Source: Camelus ferus | Lineage: Eukaryota | Reading direction: 5' to 3' | NCBI RefSeq assembly: GCF_009834535.1 | Contig: NC_045696.1 | Location: 118,298,001 to 118,362,000 of the forward strand | DNA length: 64,000 bases | Shown here: positions 46,326-59,795 of the stretch, piece after piece | Layout: each line of letters starts with the position of its first letter | Numbering within the stretch: the first letter of the stretch is position 1 | Notes under the pieces: model-generated | The model's database searches: none | What the model was told of the DNA's origin: nothing | The model's input: only the letters and a program-made list of their open reading frames with translations | Position numbers and translations under genes: made by a program

Positions 46326-49300
46326 CAGGTAAGCACAGAGGGGTGTAAGTTACTGTAAGACTTCTCTCCTACCCCCAGTGGATGTTAGGCTCCTCAGGTT
46401 TGCCTAAATGACCATACACGTGACCCAAGTTGGCTGAATCATCTTACTGCTCGATGCCTCTGTCCTTTTGGTCATTCTTCTCTTTAGACATTCATCTTTA
46501 GGAACTTCACTTATTCTGTACTGTGTATTCAGAGTATACACTTCCCTTCTGACATTATTTTTTTCTTGATTTAGTCTCTGTTTTCATCTTAACAGAGATT
46601 GAGTTAAGCAGAGGCAAGGGCAAGATTTTCTGTAGTATATAAGAAAGTGCTTTAGGAGGTAGGAGATTCAGTTAGGGGATACAGAGTTCAGATTCTGAAA
46701 GTAAGGAACACAGGCAAATTAGTTGTCACGAAATAAGGAATTCAGGTCCACGGTCCACACACTGTATGTTACAGTTATCAGTTGGGAGTGCTCCTTCCCC
46801 TCTCCCCTCCCACCCGCACGCCTAAGCCTATGGAGACACGTAGGGCAGGGTTTTTTAGGGGGGACTTGGGTGGAGGTAGAGGGGTTGTCAGGGTAACTAG
46901 GAAACTCCACTGACATTTACTGGGTAAGTGCTAAAGGTTTGCAGTGCAAACAGTTCCACGTAAGGAAGAGCCACTTTGCTCCAAATGCCCACAGCTGTGC
47001 CACTGGGAAATAACTGGAGAAAGATACTAAGGACCAGGATAGTCCAAGCAAGCAAGAGAGAACTACAGAACTTGCGAGGGTGGTTTTCTGGAGGAATAAA
47101 GACTATCTGGTCAACCAGGAAAGCAGAGGGATTTCCTAGCCTAATGAGCTGGAAACAATGGGTGGAGTTTATGCTATTGCTGTTGTGGGAAAGGAAAGGC
47201 TTCTAGATAAACATATGTGTTCGTGTACATGGTCAGGTAAGGGCAGAGCCCTGCAGTTACTCAGAAGACTCTATTAGCCTCAGTGCTTAAATAGGAACAC
47301 CTGCTTACACAATGAGACTTCCATATTACGGTGATCTGGTACTAGTTACTGGAGCCATCTTCAGGAATTCGTGTGTTTTAAATACATGATTGGCTGGGAT
47401 AGGAATTCTGGTAATTACAAATTGGTTGTGTTGTTTTTAAAGGTGTTAACTTGTTTTTAAAGACCTTATAGCACGTGTTATAGCTACACATTCTCTTAGA
47501 AATGGGAGTTCTAATTTCTAAGACAACTCGCAGAAGTGAAAGGAAGTGAATATTGGCTATAAGTACCTTTGCTGGGTTAGTTTAGGAGAAAAACAGTCTT
47601 ACATACTGAAATATGTGATCAGTTAAAACCAAAACTGTATAGAAAGGGGAAAAAATAATATTTTGAAAAACTTTTTAAAAAGAGAATTTTAGAGGATTTT
47701 AGACAAGCAGCAGGTCCCTTGTCTGTTTTGTTCACTTCTGGATTCCCAACACCAGGGCTCAATAATTATTTGTCATGAAATGAACGAAACCCCCCAGAGA
47801 CACAAAGCCTTTGGTTCCCGGCCAGGACAGAGTTTAACACTATGGTTTGCATAGTTATCAGCCTTTAATGAAAGAAAAAGTATCTCATTACTAATGAAGT
47901 ATTTCTTGGCCTTAACTTCAAAAGGAAGTAATCAAATTGGCTCTTATCTAATCATCATTGATCTTAGGTGAAAGTTATTGATAAGTATATTTTAAAGAAA
48001 ATGGATAAATATTCATAAAGTTTTGCTCGTTACTCACCATCCTGTTCTCTTGAATAGCTGTAGCTTTTTGTATCTGTACCACTTTCACCTTGAAACTAAC
48101 TGTTCCCTCGGTGTCAGGAGGGAGAGAATTGAGGATTGGCTAGGGAAAGTGGCAGAAGCTGGACCCTGTCTTGGTTGATTTTGGAGTCAGCATCCTACCT
48201 GATCAAATCTGAAAGGCACTGAACAGTCGGTTGAAGGATAAGACCCAAAATAAGACCAATTGAGAATACTTCTCAGTGTCCATTTTATCTACAGCAAAGC
48301 AAAGTGTTTGTAATCATCTCATTAAAATTTGAGGGGAAGAGAGGTCCTGATAGGGTTTTTAAAAACAAGAGTGGCTACATGGAAATTGATTGTCATATCC
48401 ACTATTCTTACATAGGAATCACACAGCATATCTTCTTTTTAGTATTATTGCTTTATTTTAGAAAACAAAATATTTACTGAGGCTTTCCAGAATTTACCTT
48501 CAAAATTCAGTCTTCCTCATCTTGTTTTTTTTATTATAAAGAGCCTTTAAGTTTCTTGGTGATAAATTTTCCAATCCTGATATTTTTCAGTAACTTAACT
48601 GTTCCTCTGGAAGATGTACTACTTTAGTCACCTTTGATAACAGTAAAAAACAAAATTAAGGGTATAATTGCTTAAAAAAATTATAATTCTCAGGGAAGGG
48701 CCTAAGCCAGTCAGATCTAGGCCCTTTTATTCTTATAGGAATCTCTTGTCTAGCGGTCTCACTTGATCCAAAGAGAAGGGGAAAAAAAGAATCCTTAAAG
48801 GAAATGTTGGCTAGGCTCTGTATTAGATCACTGTCTGCCAACCCAAATTATATTCTTAGCCGATAAACTATCTAAAACCCCTATCACTGTTTCCTGGAGT
48901 TAGGGAAACGAGAAAGTAAGCAAGTAGAGAAGAGAAATGGAAATAAGATAATTTTTAAAAGTTCCCCTGCACGTTGCCTTAGATGATTTTTCTGACACTT
49001 CGACTGTCTCGGCTGCTTAACTGAAACTATGGAGTTATCAGTTCAGGAGCCTCTTGTACAGATAATTCTGTATATTTGGTTTATTCATCTGTTTTTCCAA
49101 CTAAACTGTTTGTTCTTTGAAAGCAGAGGCTGTTGTGTTTCATCCCTGAATTCCCCTAAGCACACAGCAGAAGCTCAGTAAGGTTTTACTAAATGAACCG
49201 ACTCAGATGTTTTAGCTCCCAAACATGCTTACGGCAGGGCAGCCCCATATCATCGTGATGTGAGAATGCCAACGTGTATTCTCACTGGGGTCTGTTCTTC

Positions 49301-50119
49301 CGTTGATGTGGACTGCAGGGATGCTTACAGGCAGAGCCAAAATATTTTTCAAGAGGCAATCCATGTGACAAAGTACTGTGTTGATACTTCAGAGTTCTGT
49401 GCCACAAAAGATTGCAAGGAACTGGGAAGTATGAAGAGAAAGTGTAATCAGTTCTCTGTCAGTCATGAGGCAGCTCAGGTCTGCACAACATCTGAGTCAA
49501 AGTTACATCTCCTCTTACTGAACCAGAAGGAGTTGGCTAAAAATACGACTCTTCCAGGAATTGCCCTGCTTAGTTGACTTTTTTTGGCATTTACCACGTG
49601 TTCACTAGAAAGTGGCCACCAAAAACAAAGATTTGAATTTGGCTATATTTAATATTGAGTTTTCTTACTGTCAGTATTTACACAGTAGGATTCAATTCTT
49701 CTTGAAATATTTCTCAGTTTATGATAATGTAACCTTATAACCTATTTGTAGGTTTATTTCTGTTTGCCACAGCCAGGAAGTTGGGTGTCAGTTTATCCAT
49801 GTTTATAAAGTATATAAATAAATTTAAAGTAAGTTTGGTGGGGGGCAGGTAATTCGGAGAGTGGAGAGAGTCGGTTTCTTTTTCTGAGGATGAGGAATGA
49901 TTTAAAAGTGAACAGTCAAGTTTTATTCCTTACCTGGTTGCTTTCTGTCAACCACTAGGACGGTTCTTCTCAAGCCTTTCCCCCTCACAGAAAACTGCCC
50001 GTTGGACATTAGAGAAGAAGTGTGCTTTGCTGTGGCCACCAGGGCCTTTCTTTCTCTTATGTAACACCCTTGCCTTCTGCTGGGGACGTTTCTCAGAGTA
50101 TTACTTTGTTGATCCAGAG

Positions 50120-50426
50120 CAGGAGTGGACAGATTTTTTTTCTGTAAATAGCCAGATAATAAATACTTTAGGCTTTGCAGGCCATATGGTCTGCAGCAAC
50201 ACTCAGCTCTGTCCTTGTAATGTGAAAGCAGCCGCAGGAATCATGTAAATGAATGGGTGTGGCTGTGCTCCAATAAGACTGTGCTGATGATGACTCAACT
50301 TTGAATGTCAGATAATTTTCATGGGTCACAGAGTATCCTTCTTTTGATTTAAAAAATATTTGAAAATATAGAAACCATTCTTAGTTCATTAGGCCATATA
50401 AAAGCAGCGGTAATTTGAGGACCCCA
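50120..50426 (+). mobile_element. MER58B-like hAT-Charlie element
   Basis: ttttctgtaaatagccagataataaatactttaggctttgcaggccatatggtct...aatgaatgggtgtggctgtgctccaataa. Confidence 0.85.
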
Positions 50427-50619
50427 ATTTCAATTTTTGTTCAGGAAGAATCACAGTTGGGCTTTGCTTGCTTGAAAATTCCTTTTCTTCTCAATATATT
50501 ATAATTTTGATGATATCTGTCAATACGTTGAAGAAAACCAAGTTATTTACCAGATAGCTCGAATTTTCCAAAGAAGATAGCTGTACATTATGGCAGTGGT
50601 CCATCTGTTCCTTTTCATT

Positions 50620-51700
50620 AAGGTTCATTCTTTTGTTTGGTGCTGGGAACATTAAGATGAATGAGAGAAACCCTAGGTTCAAGGAATTTGTAATCTAGTG
50701 AGAAATTAAAGATCTTACTTAAAATGTACCTTGTACATGGCTAGGTTTTACCAGGGAGAAATGGGAGGAACATTCAAAATATAGGGAGTGAAAAATCAAA
50801 GATGGGGAAAGGTATACAACATGCTGAAAAGGGTGATTATTTAGGTTCAAGCAGAGCAGAGATTTCTTGTTGGTGTTGGCAGAGAGATAAAGGAATGAGA
50901 CTGGCCCAGTGTAGAGTGGATTACAAAATGGAGAGAGAGAATCAAGCCACTAGTTAGAAGGGCAGGTCACCAGTTAACAGGTTATTTCATTTGGCTGTGA
51001 GATGGTGGGACTGTTAAGAAGGGACATAGTGCTGGTAATGGAAGAAGGATACAGATGAGAAAGGATAGAGATACAAAACTGGATTCTTGTATAGTTTTAA
51101 TCAGGTGGTGGGAACAGAAGCCACGAATTACACGTGTGTGGGCACGCAGACGAGGGGGAAGGAGTGTCTGCAGCACTGTTGGAGGCAGTGGTGCAGTCGG
51201 TGAAATGAGGTCAGAGGAAGACTGCTCTAGCTCTAGAAAGGACTTCTCAGCCTGTGGCACCCAGTTTCCCTTGAAAGAGGAAGGATTTGAAGTTGACGTA
51301 GAAATAAGTGCTTGAAGGAAAAGGTCCCAGTAAAGGAGAAAAGAGAGAATAAAAGGTCAGCAATTAAGAGAAAATCCTCTTCCTCTGAGGTAGGAGAGAA
51401 GCAGAAGAAAGCAGGTGAAAATTCAGACAGGTGTTGAGTATGCAAAGAAAGCGATGATTCTTTCAGTTGAAAACCAGTAACTCTTACTCGATGACTTTGA
51501 TTTTAGTTCATTTATTAAGAGTAAGGAGGGCAAGTACAGATGAGGAACTTGAGAAATAATCTGTAAATAAAATTAATAAAATCACCAACAGCTAAGAGAA
51601 AAGGATAGAGTTGAGATAGGATCACAGAGTTGTGTGGATCCCATCAACCAGCCACCTGGTCTTCCTTCTGCAGTGACCAGAGCGGAGATCAGTGGCTGAG
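50620..51700 (-). mobile_element. Decayed L2 fragments
   Basis: Reverse-L2 3' end (ttcattc...gtgctggg...ggaatttgtaatctagtg) followed by purine-rich degenerate body. Confidence 0.5.
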
Positions 51701-51739
51701 AAGCAGAGTTGCTCAAACAATATTTCGAGACTAAGATGA

Positions 51740-52010
51740 CTCAGATTAAGATGAGGCAGGTAAAAGCATCAGTATTAATGATTTTTTTTCCTTTGCCTTA
51801 GGCTTCAGTGTGGCTTAGAATAGCAGTGTTACTAATCTTCATTTAAGTTTTTCTTTTGTTAATTGTTGATTTTTTTAGCATTCATCTGATTTTTAAAATA
51901 AATTACATTACAAATATTTTTATCCTACTGAGTTTTTGACATCCCCTTAAATTCTATGAGCCACTTTAAGTGCCTAAGTTTCCTCACTCACTTCACCCTA
52001 ATCCCATCCC
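51740..52010 (-). mobile_element. MER96B-like hAT MITE with one arm largely deleted
   Basis: ttcctttgccttaggcttcagtgtggct centre and tactgagtttttgacatccccttaaatt...cctcactcacttcaccctaatccc terminus. Confidence 0.65.
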
Positions 52011-55000
52011 AAATTTGTTGAACAAACAGTAAGGTTTTCCAGAGTTGATGGTTGACTTGGAGAGCATAGCTGGTGATCAAAGAAGCCAGAACACAAGATC
52101 TTAGAGAACGTGAGCTTGGGAAGATGGACCTCAGTATCTGATGCAGTAGAACCTCGAGGCAGGCAAAACGGGACCAGCAAGTTAAGTCATGGACTGAGTC
52201 AGTCCATAAGTTCTCGTGTCACTTTCTGCATGCTTGTAGAAACAGATTCAAAATCAAGCATTGCTGCAGTCCGAAATATTTTAACCTGTCAGACAACATT
52301 AATTTATCCAAACCAAAATGTAAACGGATGTAGAGGCAGAATGGTAGCAGGGGGAGACAGAATAGCAGTAGGTTTTAAAGATTTTTTGTTTTAGTTGGTT
52401 TTCAATTCCATTGCTTTTAACAGAAGTGAAGTTCCTGATAATGTGTTGTGGCCAAGGTAAAAGAAGATAGGTAATGGCACATTTCATTGTGAAATAGGAA
52501 AATTAATGCCAGGAAGGTGTGTTGAACCATGGGATCTATGCCGTCTGGCTTCGCATTTTTATTGCTGTACCTCTAAAGAGAAGGTAATGCTTCAGTTTAT
52601 CCAGGATTTATTATTCTTTTCTATAGACTGGATGCAGTGGAGCCCAGGACAGCTCTTTTTTTCAGAGCCATAGTAAGCAAATGACAACTAATATTAGAAA
52701 TTTGGCAAAAGCGAAGGTCCTTAAGGCCTAAAAGATTTAAATAGAAATATGTGGGTAATGAAGGAAACCGAGGAAATTAATTCACCACCACCGTCCCCTT
52801 CCCTCCCACTTATTAGGAAAGGACAGACTTGACTTTTTCAGGAATGAGTAAACAGCCCCACAAAGACCAAAGGATACAGTAGTATGAAATAAGGAGAACA
52901 TTGTTCTTAGGGGACAGAGAAAAGACATATTTGTGGAAAAGACTTAAATCTAGGAAAAAGAAGTAACTCTTACTAAAATATTTTCGATAAGCATACGTGT
53001 TCTTTTGAAACACATGAAAGATGCTGAAAGACTGAGATGAAAGAAATCTGGCTGGGATACAGGAAAAGACAAAGAGGAAGCTGGAAATAAATAAAAATAT
53101 AATAGCTGAAATGAAATACCTGTTAAAGGCAGTAAAGAACAGAATCAATAAAGCAGAAATTCAAAGCGTAGACAGGACAAATTGAAAGGACTGTATAAAA
53201 CGAAGTGATGGGTGTAATGAAAACCAAAGTCCCTTCTAGAACATTGGGATTATAGAACTGGGAGTGAGGAAGATTGGAGACCACTTCCCAGGACCTTTGA
53301 TTCTTTGGTTGGGAGTTTACATTTAAATTAGTCATCAAGTAAAGCCACACACACACACCAGTACTGTAAGCCCTTGACTTACATCTTACCTTGATAAACA
53401 TGGTTATTTATGGGAAGATTATTCTCATGGTTATTTTTAGAACTAGTAAGGGAGAAAGTGAAAGCAGATACCAAATCTTCTGAGCTGCAGCAGTCCACAG
53501 GTTAGTTGTGATGGCAGAGTGTGGTGGCTTTGCAGCTGAAGAACTGTGTGAGCAGCATGGAAGCACAGTGGGCAGTAAATAAATCAGCACAACTCAGGAA
53601 ATACTCAGTAGAGAGGTGAAAGAGTGGAAACTTCCAAGTCTGGGATTTGAGAGAAACCTAAATAAATACATGAAACATAGTTACAGAAAACTGTTGGAAA
53701 TGTAAGGAAAGGACTTCCACCCAGACTGAGGTGTATGTGGGTGCGTGCTCCCGCGTGCCTGTGTGCATATGTGTAGAGAAGTCATAGACACTTATCCTAA
53801 CTGTAAATGAAGTCAAGCTGTACTTGCATTATTGCTTTGGTACTAACATGCCTCAGAGTAATACATCCCGTAAAGTACATCTACTTCTAATCATACAGCC
53901 TTGTCCTGTACTGTGCTTGAATCAACCTACTGTAGAATGTTACTTTCTGTGCTTTATTTGCAAGTTAACATTTTAATAATTATCATAAATAGTTACCTGA
54001 TTTGCATATTCTGGTTCATAATCCAACTGTTCTGTGGATCAACCACAGTTCTCTCCTTATTCATGCCAAGACTTCTATATTAGTCTGAATAATCTATCCT
54101 AGACTGCATTTCTGTTTCCAGTTCTCAGAGCTTTTTATAACTCAAAGTTATAGTGCTTTTTTAATGTAAAGATTGAATCTTACATGTGCTGGTGTAGTAA
54201 TCTCTTTGACCCACTATTATACTGAAGCAAATTTTTGTTATTGTATGATTACCAACATTGCTGTGTAGTATCTTTTCTTTTACTTAACTTTTGTAGCCCC
54301 ATGAGTTTGATATTTAAGTGGTATTTAAGCAATTCATCATCTTTAGTTCTTTCATAATATATACTGAAATGAAATAGTGGGGAATATATACTAAGAACTG
54401 GAAAAATTTTAAAACATTACCTCTTGAGATTCAAATGATAAAATCTATGTAAAATACATGGCATAGTAGGAATGGTCATATTAGAGAGGCAAAATGACAG
54501 AGACCAGATCCAGCACTTGGCTGTGATGTGACTAATGATACACACATCCCTAGGGAGTAACTTAATCTGTGACAAGGAAGGTCAGCTGGAAATGGAAAGT
54601 AGTAAATATTAGTAATAACCATTTGAGCATTAGCTGCAGAAGGAGCAGTTGTTTTAGAAAACCATAATGTTCTCAACAGTTACTCCAGAGATGTGGAAGG
54701 ATGAATGTATCAAGTTAAAAGACTTTGAAGCCATTAAAAGCAGCATCTTCCTAGTTTCCTTTCATAAAACTGTGGCATTTTCCTTGTCAACTTCTGTTCT
54801 GAAACCTTGACTTCCCAGGTACTTTTTCTTATATGTAGAGACTGTAGTTTTTAGTCTCTCACAAGTATCTGATCCTCCTTGCAGATTTTTTTTTTGGCTC
54901 CACATAAAATGCATTCATTAATTGGCATATATACTTTAATTTCTTATATGAACAGAATTGGCTTGAAATATCTGTCTCCAGTAAAATCTGATGTACTGAA

Positions 55001-55114
55001 AAACTCAGCCTTTAGGATTTAAGACTGATTACTTGCCATTAGAGTCCTAGAGGTACAGAGATGAACAGACCACATTCCATGAAGGCTGCCCTCAATTCCA
55101 TGCAGTATATTCCC

Positions 55115-55183
55115 ATAATATAATATAATATAATATAATATAATATAATATAATATAATATAATATAATATAATATAATATAA
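55115..55183. repeat. (ATAAT)n microsatellite, about 14 copies
   Basis: Directly visible perfect pentamer run. Confidence 0.95.
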
Positions 55184-58100
55184 ATAATATATCCTCCTGG
55201 GTTCTTTTCTTTAATCCTGACCTTGTCTGCTGTTTGCTGTAAACTTACAGGTTTAATTTTGCAAGGAAAACTCCGTATTTTTCTAAGGCATTTTGCCTTC
55301 AATTCATCTGTCTGTTACCCATGAATAGTGAGTCTTAATCAGTTAGCCACGCCTTAAAATTCTCCTAAGCACATATAACCGAGGAGTAAAGTGTGCTCCA
55401 CAGTATTGTTTTTCAAATGTTTGAACTATTCTCTATATGCAAGTCATATAGAGATAGAAGATAAAGTTTTTTGTCTTACTCATATCTATATTCTCTGTAG
55501 CACTACAGTGTTTTAAGTTGTTTGAATTAAAGTACATTATTTGTTTAAACCTAACTGCATGTAAATATGATCATGAAATCTTTTTTCTTGACCCATGTAT
55601 ACTTACCCTTAAGGTCAGAGGTTGGGTCAGCTGGTCTTGGTGGGGCATTTCTATGACAGATATTAGTTAGCTGCTTAACTTTGGCAGAATGAAGCCATCA
55701 GCTTCTGCTCCCATGCCTGCCACATAGTAAGCTTTAGGTAGACATGTGATGAATGAGTGAACCTAAGTGGAAAGTTATGAGGGTAAGCTTTGAAAATCAT
55801 AATATGTAGAGTTAAATAGAAATTGTTGGGATGGCTTCTGTTTTCTGATCAAGGTAGGGGAAGGTGGAAAAAATCATTTCCAACCTTATAACAATAAAAA
55901 GCTGGACAAAGAGTAAGTTCACTACTTTTCTTGACCCCATTGAGTGTACAAGACAATGAACTGGTCCAGAGTCTAGGGAGAGACAGATTTTTCTCTTGCA
56001 GAGGGAGGCAGGGTGCAAGTGTTAACATACCAGGGCCAGTCAGCCAGACGCCTGTAGAAAGAGTTCAACTAAAATGACTATTGAATGATGGAAGCAGGTG
56101 TGTCTGGTGAGAAGAAGTGAAGCCACTGGAAGGCACAAAAATAGGAAGACTCCACAACCTATTGTGTGGATTTTTCCTCATGAACCCCATCAGCCAAAGA
56201 AAATCTCCCATGTGGTGAAGAACTAGGATAGAGGGACAGCAGCCATAACAAGAGGAGCAATAAACTCCATCTGGACTCTTCTTCCTCTTTTATGGAACAA
56301 AACCAAACTCTGTTGAGGAGCTGCTCACTGTTGCCCTAGGGTACCAGTGCAGTTTCTTTGAAGCCAGGGATTAGGAACAGGGGAAAAAAAAAAAATAAAC
56401 CTCAACCCCCAGGTCAGAGGCAAGAATATCTACAGGAGCCAGAACTATACCAGGCAAGAGAAAGGATCACTGAGGAGGCATACACAAGAGACCTAGGGAC
56501 ACAGTGCTCAACCAAGACTAAGACTTAAACAGAAGATCAAAGAACACTCTCCTCCATTTTTTGCTACCTGTTGCCAGGATAACATGTGTCAAATAATAAG
56601 TAACTTGCTAGAGACAGACCTTTTTGGAGCACATAGACTTAAGACTGACTACGGAATAGTAATGAGAATGAAAAAAAAAAAATCTTTGGCAAACTAAATC
56701 CCCCATCCCTAACACAATATATAGGAATTTGTAGCCTATGGTTCCCAAGTGTAACCATAGCAACAATAAACTTCAAACTAGCTCAACTCCTTATTGGGTT
56801 AACTCATAGCCCTGTGCTAAAGTTCTAGAAGGAAGTTTGTATTCATTTCTAAGCATAAAAACTACCTTAGTCCCCACTACCACATACCTGATGACAGTAA
56901 TTCATAAGAACTTCAACAAAAAATTGAAAAGCATATGAAAGAGAAAAGGACGAAAAGCACACACGCTCACGCACACACACAAACTCAAAGGAGACAAAGT
57001 ACTCATCAGAGTCTGGCAGTTATGACATAGATGTTAGCACTATCTCACAAGGAAATTTAAATAATGATGAATTATATGTTAAATGCTCTAGTAGAAAAGC
57101 TAGTCAACATGCAAGATTAGATGGTTAATTTCAGCAGAGAGATGAAAATTATACCTACAAATCGAATTGAAATCCTAGAAATATAAAACACAGTAACAGA
57201 AATAGAGAATGTCTATGACAAGGGTCACCAGTAGAGTTGACACAGACCAAAAAAAAAAAAGAATCAACAAACTGGAAAATATGTCAGTAGAAATTACCAA
57301 ATTGAAACATAAAGAGAAATAAGAATTAAACAAAACACCTAAAAACCATGAAACAATCTCAAATGGTACATGTAATTGGAATCTCAGAAGAAATAGTTGA
57401 AGAAATAATGGTTGATAATTGCCCAGAATTAATGACAGATACTAAACTACAGAGCCAAGAAGCTCAGAGAACACAAAGCATAATAAACACAGAAAACAAA
57501 CATAAGTAAAACTAATTTCAAAACATGATCACATCATATTCAAACTGTTGAAGTCAAAAGATAAATAATTAAAGGCAACCGGAAAAAAATTATTACAGTA
57601 ATAATAGAAAACTAATACAGAAATATCACATGTAGATACAAGAACTAGATAAGAATTAGAACAAATTTCTCTTCAGAAAACATGCTAGAAGACCACAGAG
57701 TAACATCTTTAATGTGCTTAAGGGAAATGAAAAACAACAAAAAACACCTACTCAAACCAGATTTCAATACCTAATGAAAAAAATCTTTTTTTAAAAAAAT
57801 GGAGAAGACATAAAGACTTTTCCAGATATGCAAAAACCACTGGAATTTATTAGCAAACCACCCCTGTAAGAGGTGTTATAGGGGGATTGTCAGGCAGGAG
57901 AAATATGACAGGACAAAAAACTTGGATCTATACAAAGAAAAGAAAGGACATATGAAGTGGAATAAATTAAAGTAAAATAAAACCATTTTTCTTCTTTTTA
58001 ATTAAAAATATGGCTGTCTAAAACAAAAATAGAAGCAGTACATTGTGTGTTTACAGCATATGTAAAAGTAAAATATAGGATGACAATAACACAGAGAATG

Positions 58101-58206
58101 AGAGGGAAGAATTGGGAATATACTGTTGTAAGGTCCTGACATTACTCATGACTATATAGGATTGTTTGAGGATAGCTCTGATGTATTAAATATTTATATT
58201 GTAAAG

Positions 58207-58411
58207 CAGGAGTCAGAAAATACTTTCTTATAGGACAGAATAATATACATTTAAGGCTTGCTTGTTTATGACCTCTGTTTCAGCTACTCATGTCTTCCAT
58301 TGTAGTACAGAAGCAGCCTTGGTACACAAACATAAGGGCATGATTCTGTTTCAGTAAAATTTAATACACAGAAACATTTGGCTGGCCCATGCTGTGGTTT
58401 GTCAACCCCTG
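58207..58411 (+). mobile_element. MER58A-like hAT element nested in L1
   Basis: caggagtcagaaaa...cagctactca...gaagcagcc...gtttgtcaacccctg termini. Confidence 0.8.
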
Positions 58412-58719
58412 CTCTAGAACATCCACTAAAAAAATAACAGAAGTATAAATAATAATGCAATAGAGGAGATCAAATGGCATGATAGAATACCCTTGACTTA
58501 AAATAAAGCATAAAATGAGAGAAAAGAAATAAAGGACAGATGGAACAAGAACAGGTGCAGAACAGGTAGTTGGGTTCTAGATTTTAATTCATCTGTATCA
58601 ATAAGCACATTCATATGAATAGTCTAAACATACCAGTTTAGAGGCAGAGGTTATCTGAAAAGATTTTAAAAAGCAAGAAACAGTTATATGCTATATACAA
58701 GATACTTTAAATGAAAAGA

Positions 58720-59053
58720 TGTGGCAGACTGAATAATGCCTCCCTGCCAAATATTTTTGCACCCTAACCTGCAGAACCTGTGAATTTGTTACTTTATATG
58801 ACAGGGAGAACATTGCAGATGTTTTTACGGTTATATGTTGAGGAACTGAATTCACTGAACTGAATGAACAAGTAAACAGATTCATTCCCTAGAGCCACCA
58901 ACAAGGTACACACCCCTGCTCACACCTTGATTTTAGCTCAGTGAGCCCTGTATTAGAATTCTGACCTACACAACTATAATATAATATGTTAGTGTTGTTT
59001 TAAGCTGCTAAATCTGTAATAATTTATTATAGCAATAATAGAGAACTAATATA
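58720..59053 (+). mobile_element. MLT1D/E-like MaLR LTR (deleted) nested in L1
   Basis: tgtggcagactgaataatg...gaacctgtgaatttgttac...ttgttttaagctgctaa...gagaactaata. Near-TSD aaaga/aatga. Confidence 0.8.
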
Positions 59054-59199
59054 AATGAAATAGAAATGTCAAAAGTAAATGGATGGAGAAAGTTATACCA
59101 TGAAAACATCACACAAAAGAAAGCTGAAGTAACTATTAATATCAGACTAAGTAGACAGCAGAACAAGGATTATTATTAGGAAAAAAAGGGTCATTACAT

Positions 59200-59545
59200 G
59201 GGTTTGTGTCTGGCTTATTTCACTTAATGTGTTTGAGATCCAACCACATTGTAGCATTTATCAATATTTTACCTTTTTTATTGCTGAAGAGTATTTCATT
59301 GTATGGATATATCACAGCTTGTTCAATGGTGGATAGACATTGTATCGTTTCCCATTTGGGGCTGTTATAAACAATGTTCCTTAAACATTTGAACACTTAC
59401 TTTCATGTAGACATATGTATTCACTTCCCTTGGATAGATTCCCTTGGATAGATTGTCTGCACTAGTGTACATTCCTACCAGGATTTATGAGGGCTTCAGT
59501 TTCTCCACATCATTATCAATATTTGATATTTTCTAGTCTCTTTAT
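59200..59545 (-). mobile_element. Old L1 3' fragment, antisense
   Basis: tgtctggcttatttcactt...tttttattgctgaagagtatttcattgtatggatata. Confidence 0.8.
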
Positions 59546-59689
59546 TGATAGCTACTCTTCATGCCTGTTTTAGCCTTTGTTATTGACCATTGTTCTAGTC
59601 CATGAAGAAAAAAAGAAGTTTAATATAAGGTATCAGGACTCTTTTAGACAATTGAAATAGAATTTGCCTTTATCACTTGTGCATACAGG

Positions 59690-59795
59690 GCTAGATCTAG
59701 GAATAAAGGACCTGTGAAATGTAGTCTGTAACTGGGTAGCCACATGCCCAAGGAAAAGGGGAAAATAGATTTGGGGGAACAATCAGTGTTCTTTA
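59690..59795 (-). mobile_element. MLT1J-like LTR fragment
   Basis: gaaatgtagtctgtaactgggtagccacatgccc motif. Confidence 0.5.

Larger units (their letters stand above)
55830..59200 (+). mobile_element. Old L1 (L1MC/MD-type) 5' UTR, ORF1 and start of ORF2, sense orientation, with nested insertions
   Basis: ORF1-like motifs (aatttcagcagagagatgaaa; ccaagaagctcagagaacaca), inter-ORF region, and endonuclease-region remnants (aaagctgaagtaactattaatatcagac). Confidence 0.8.

Noticed and set aside
50033..50049. CTCF-like TGGCCACCAGGG
   Set aside because: The 3' half of the motif (GGCGC) is missing.
54426..54436. gagattcaaat resembling the start of the next TBC1D5 exon (GDSN)
   Set aside because: No acceptor or polypyrimidine tract. 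It continues as DKIY rather than the expected TBC1D5 sequence and lies in a MIR-like fragment.
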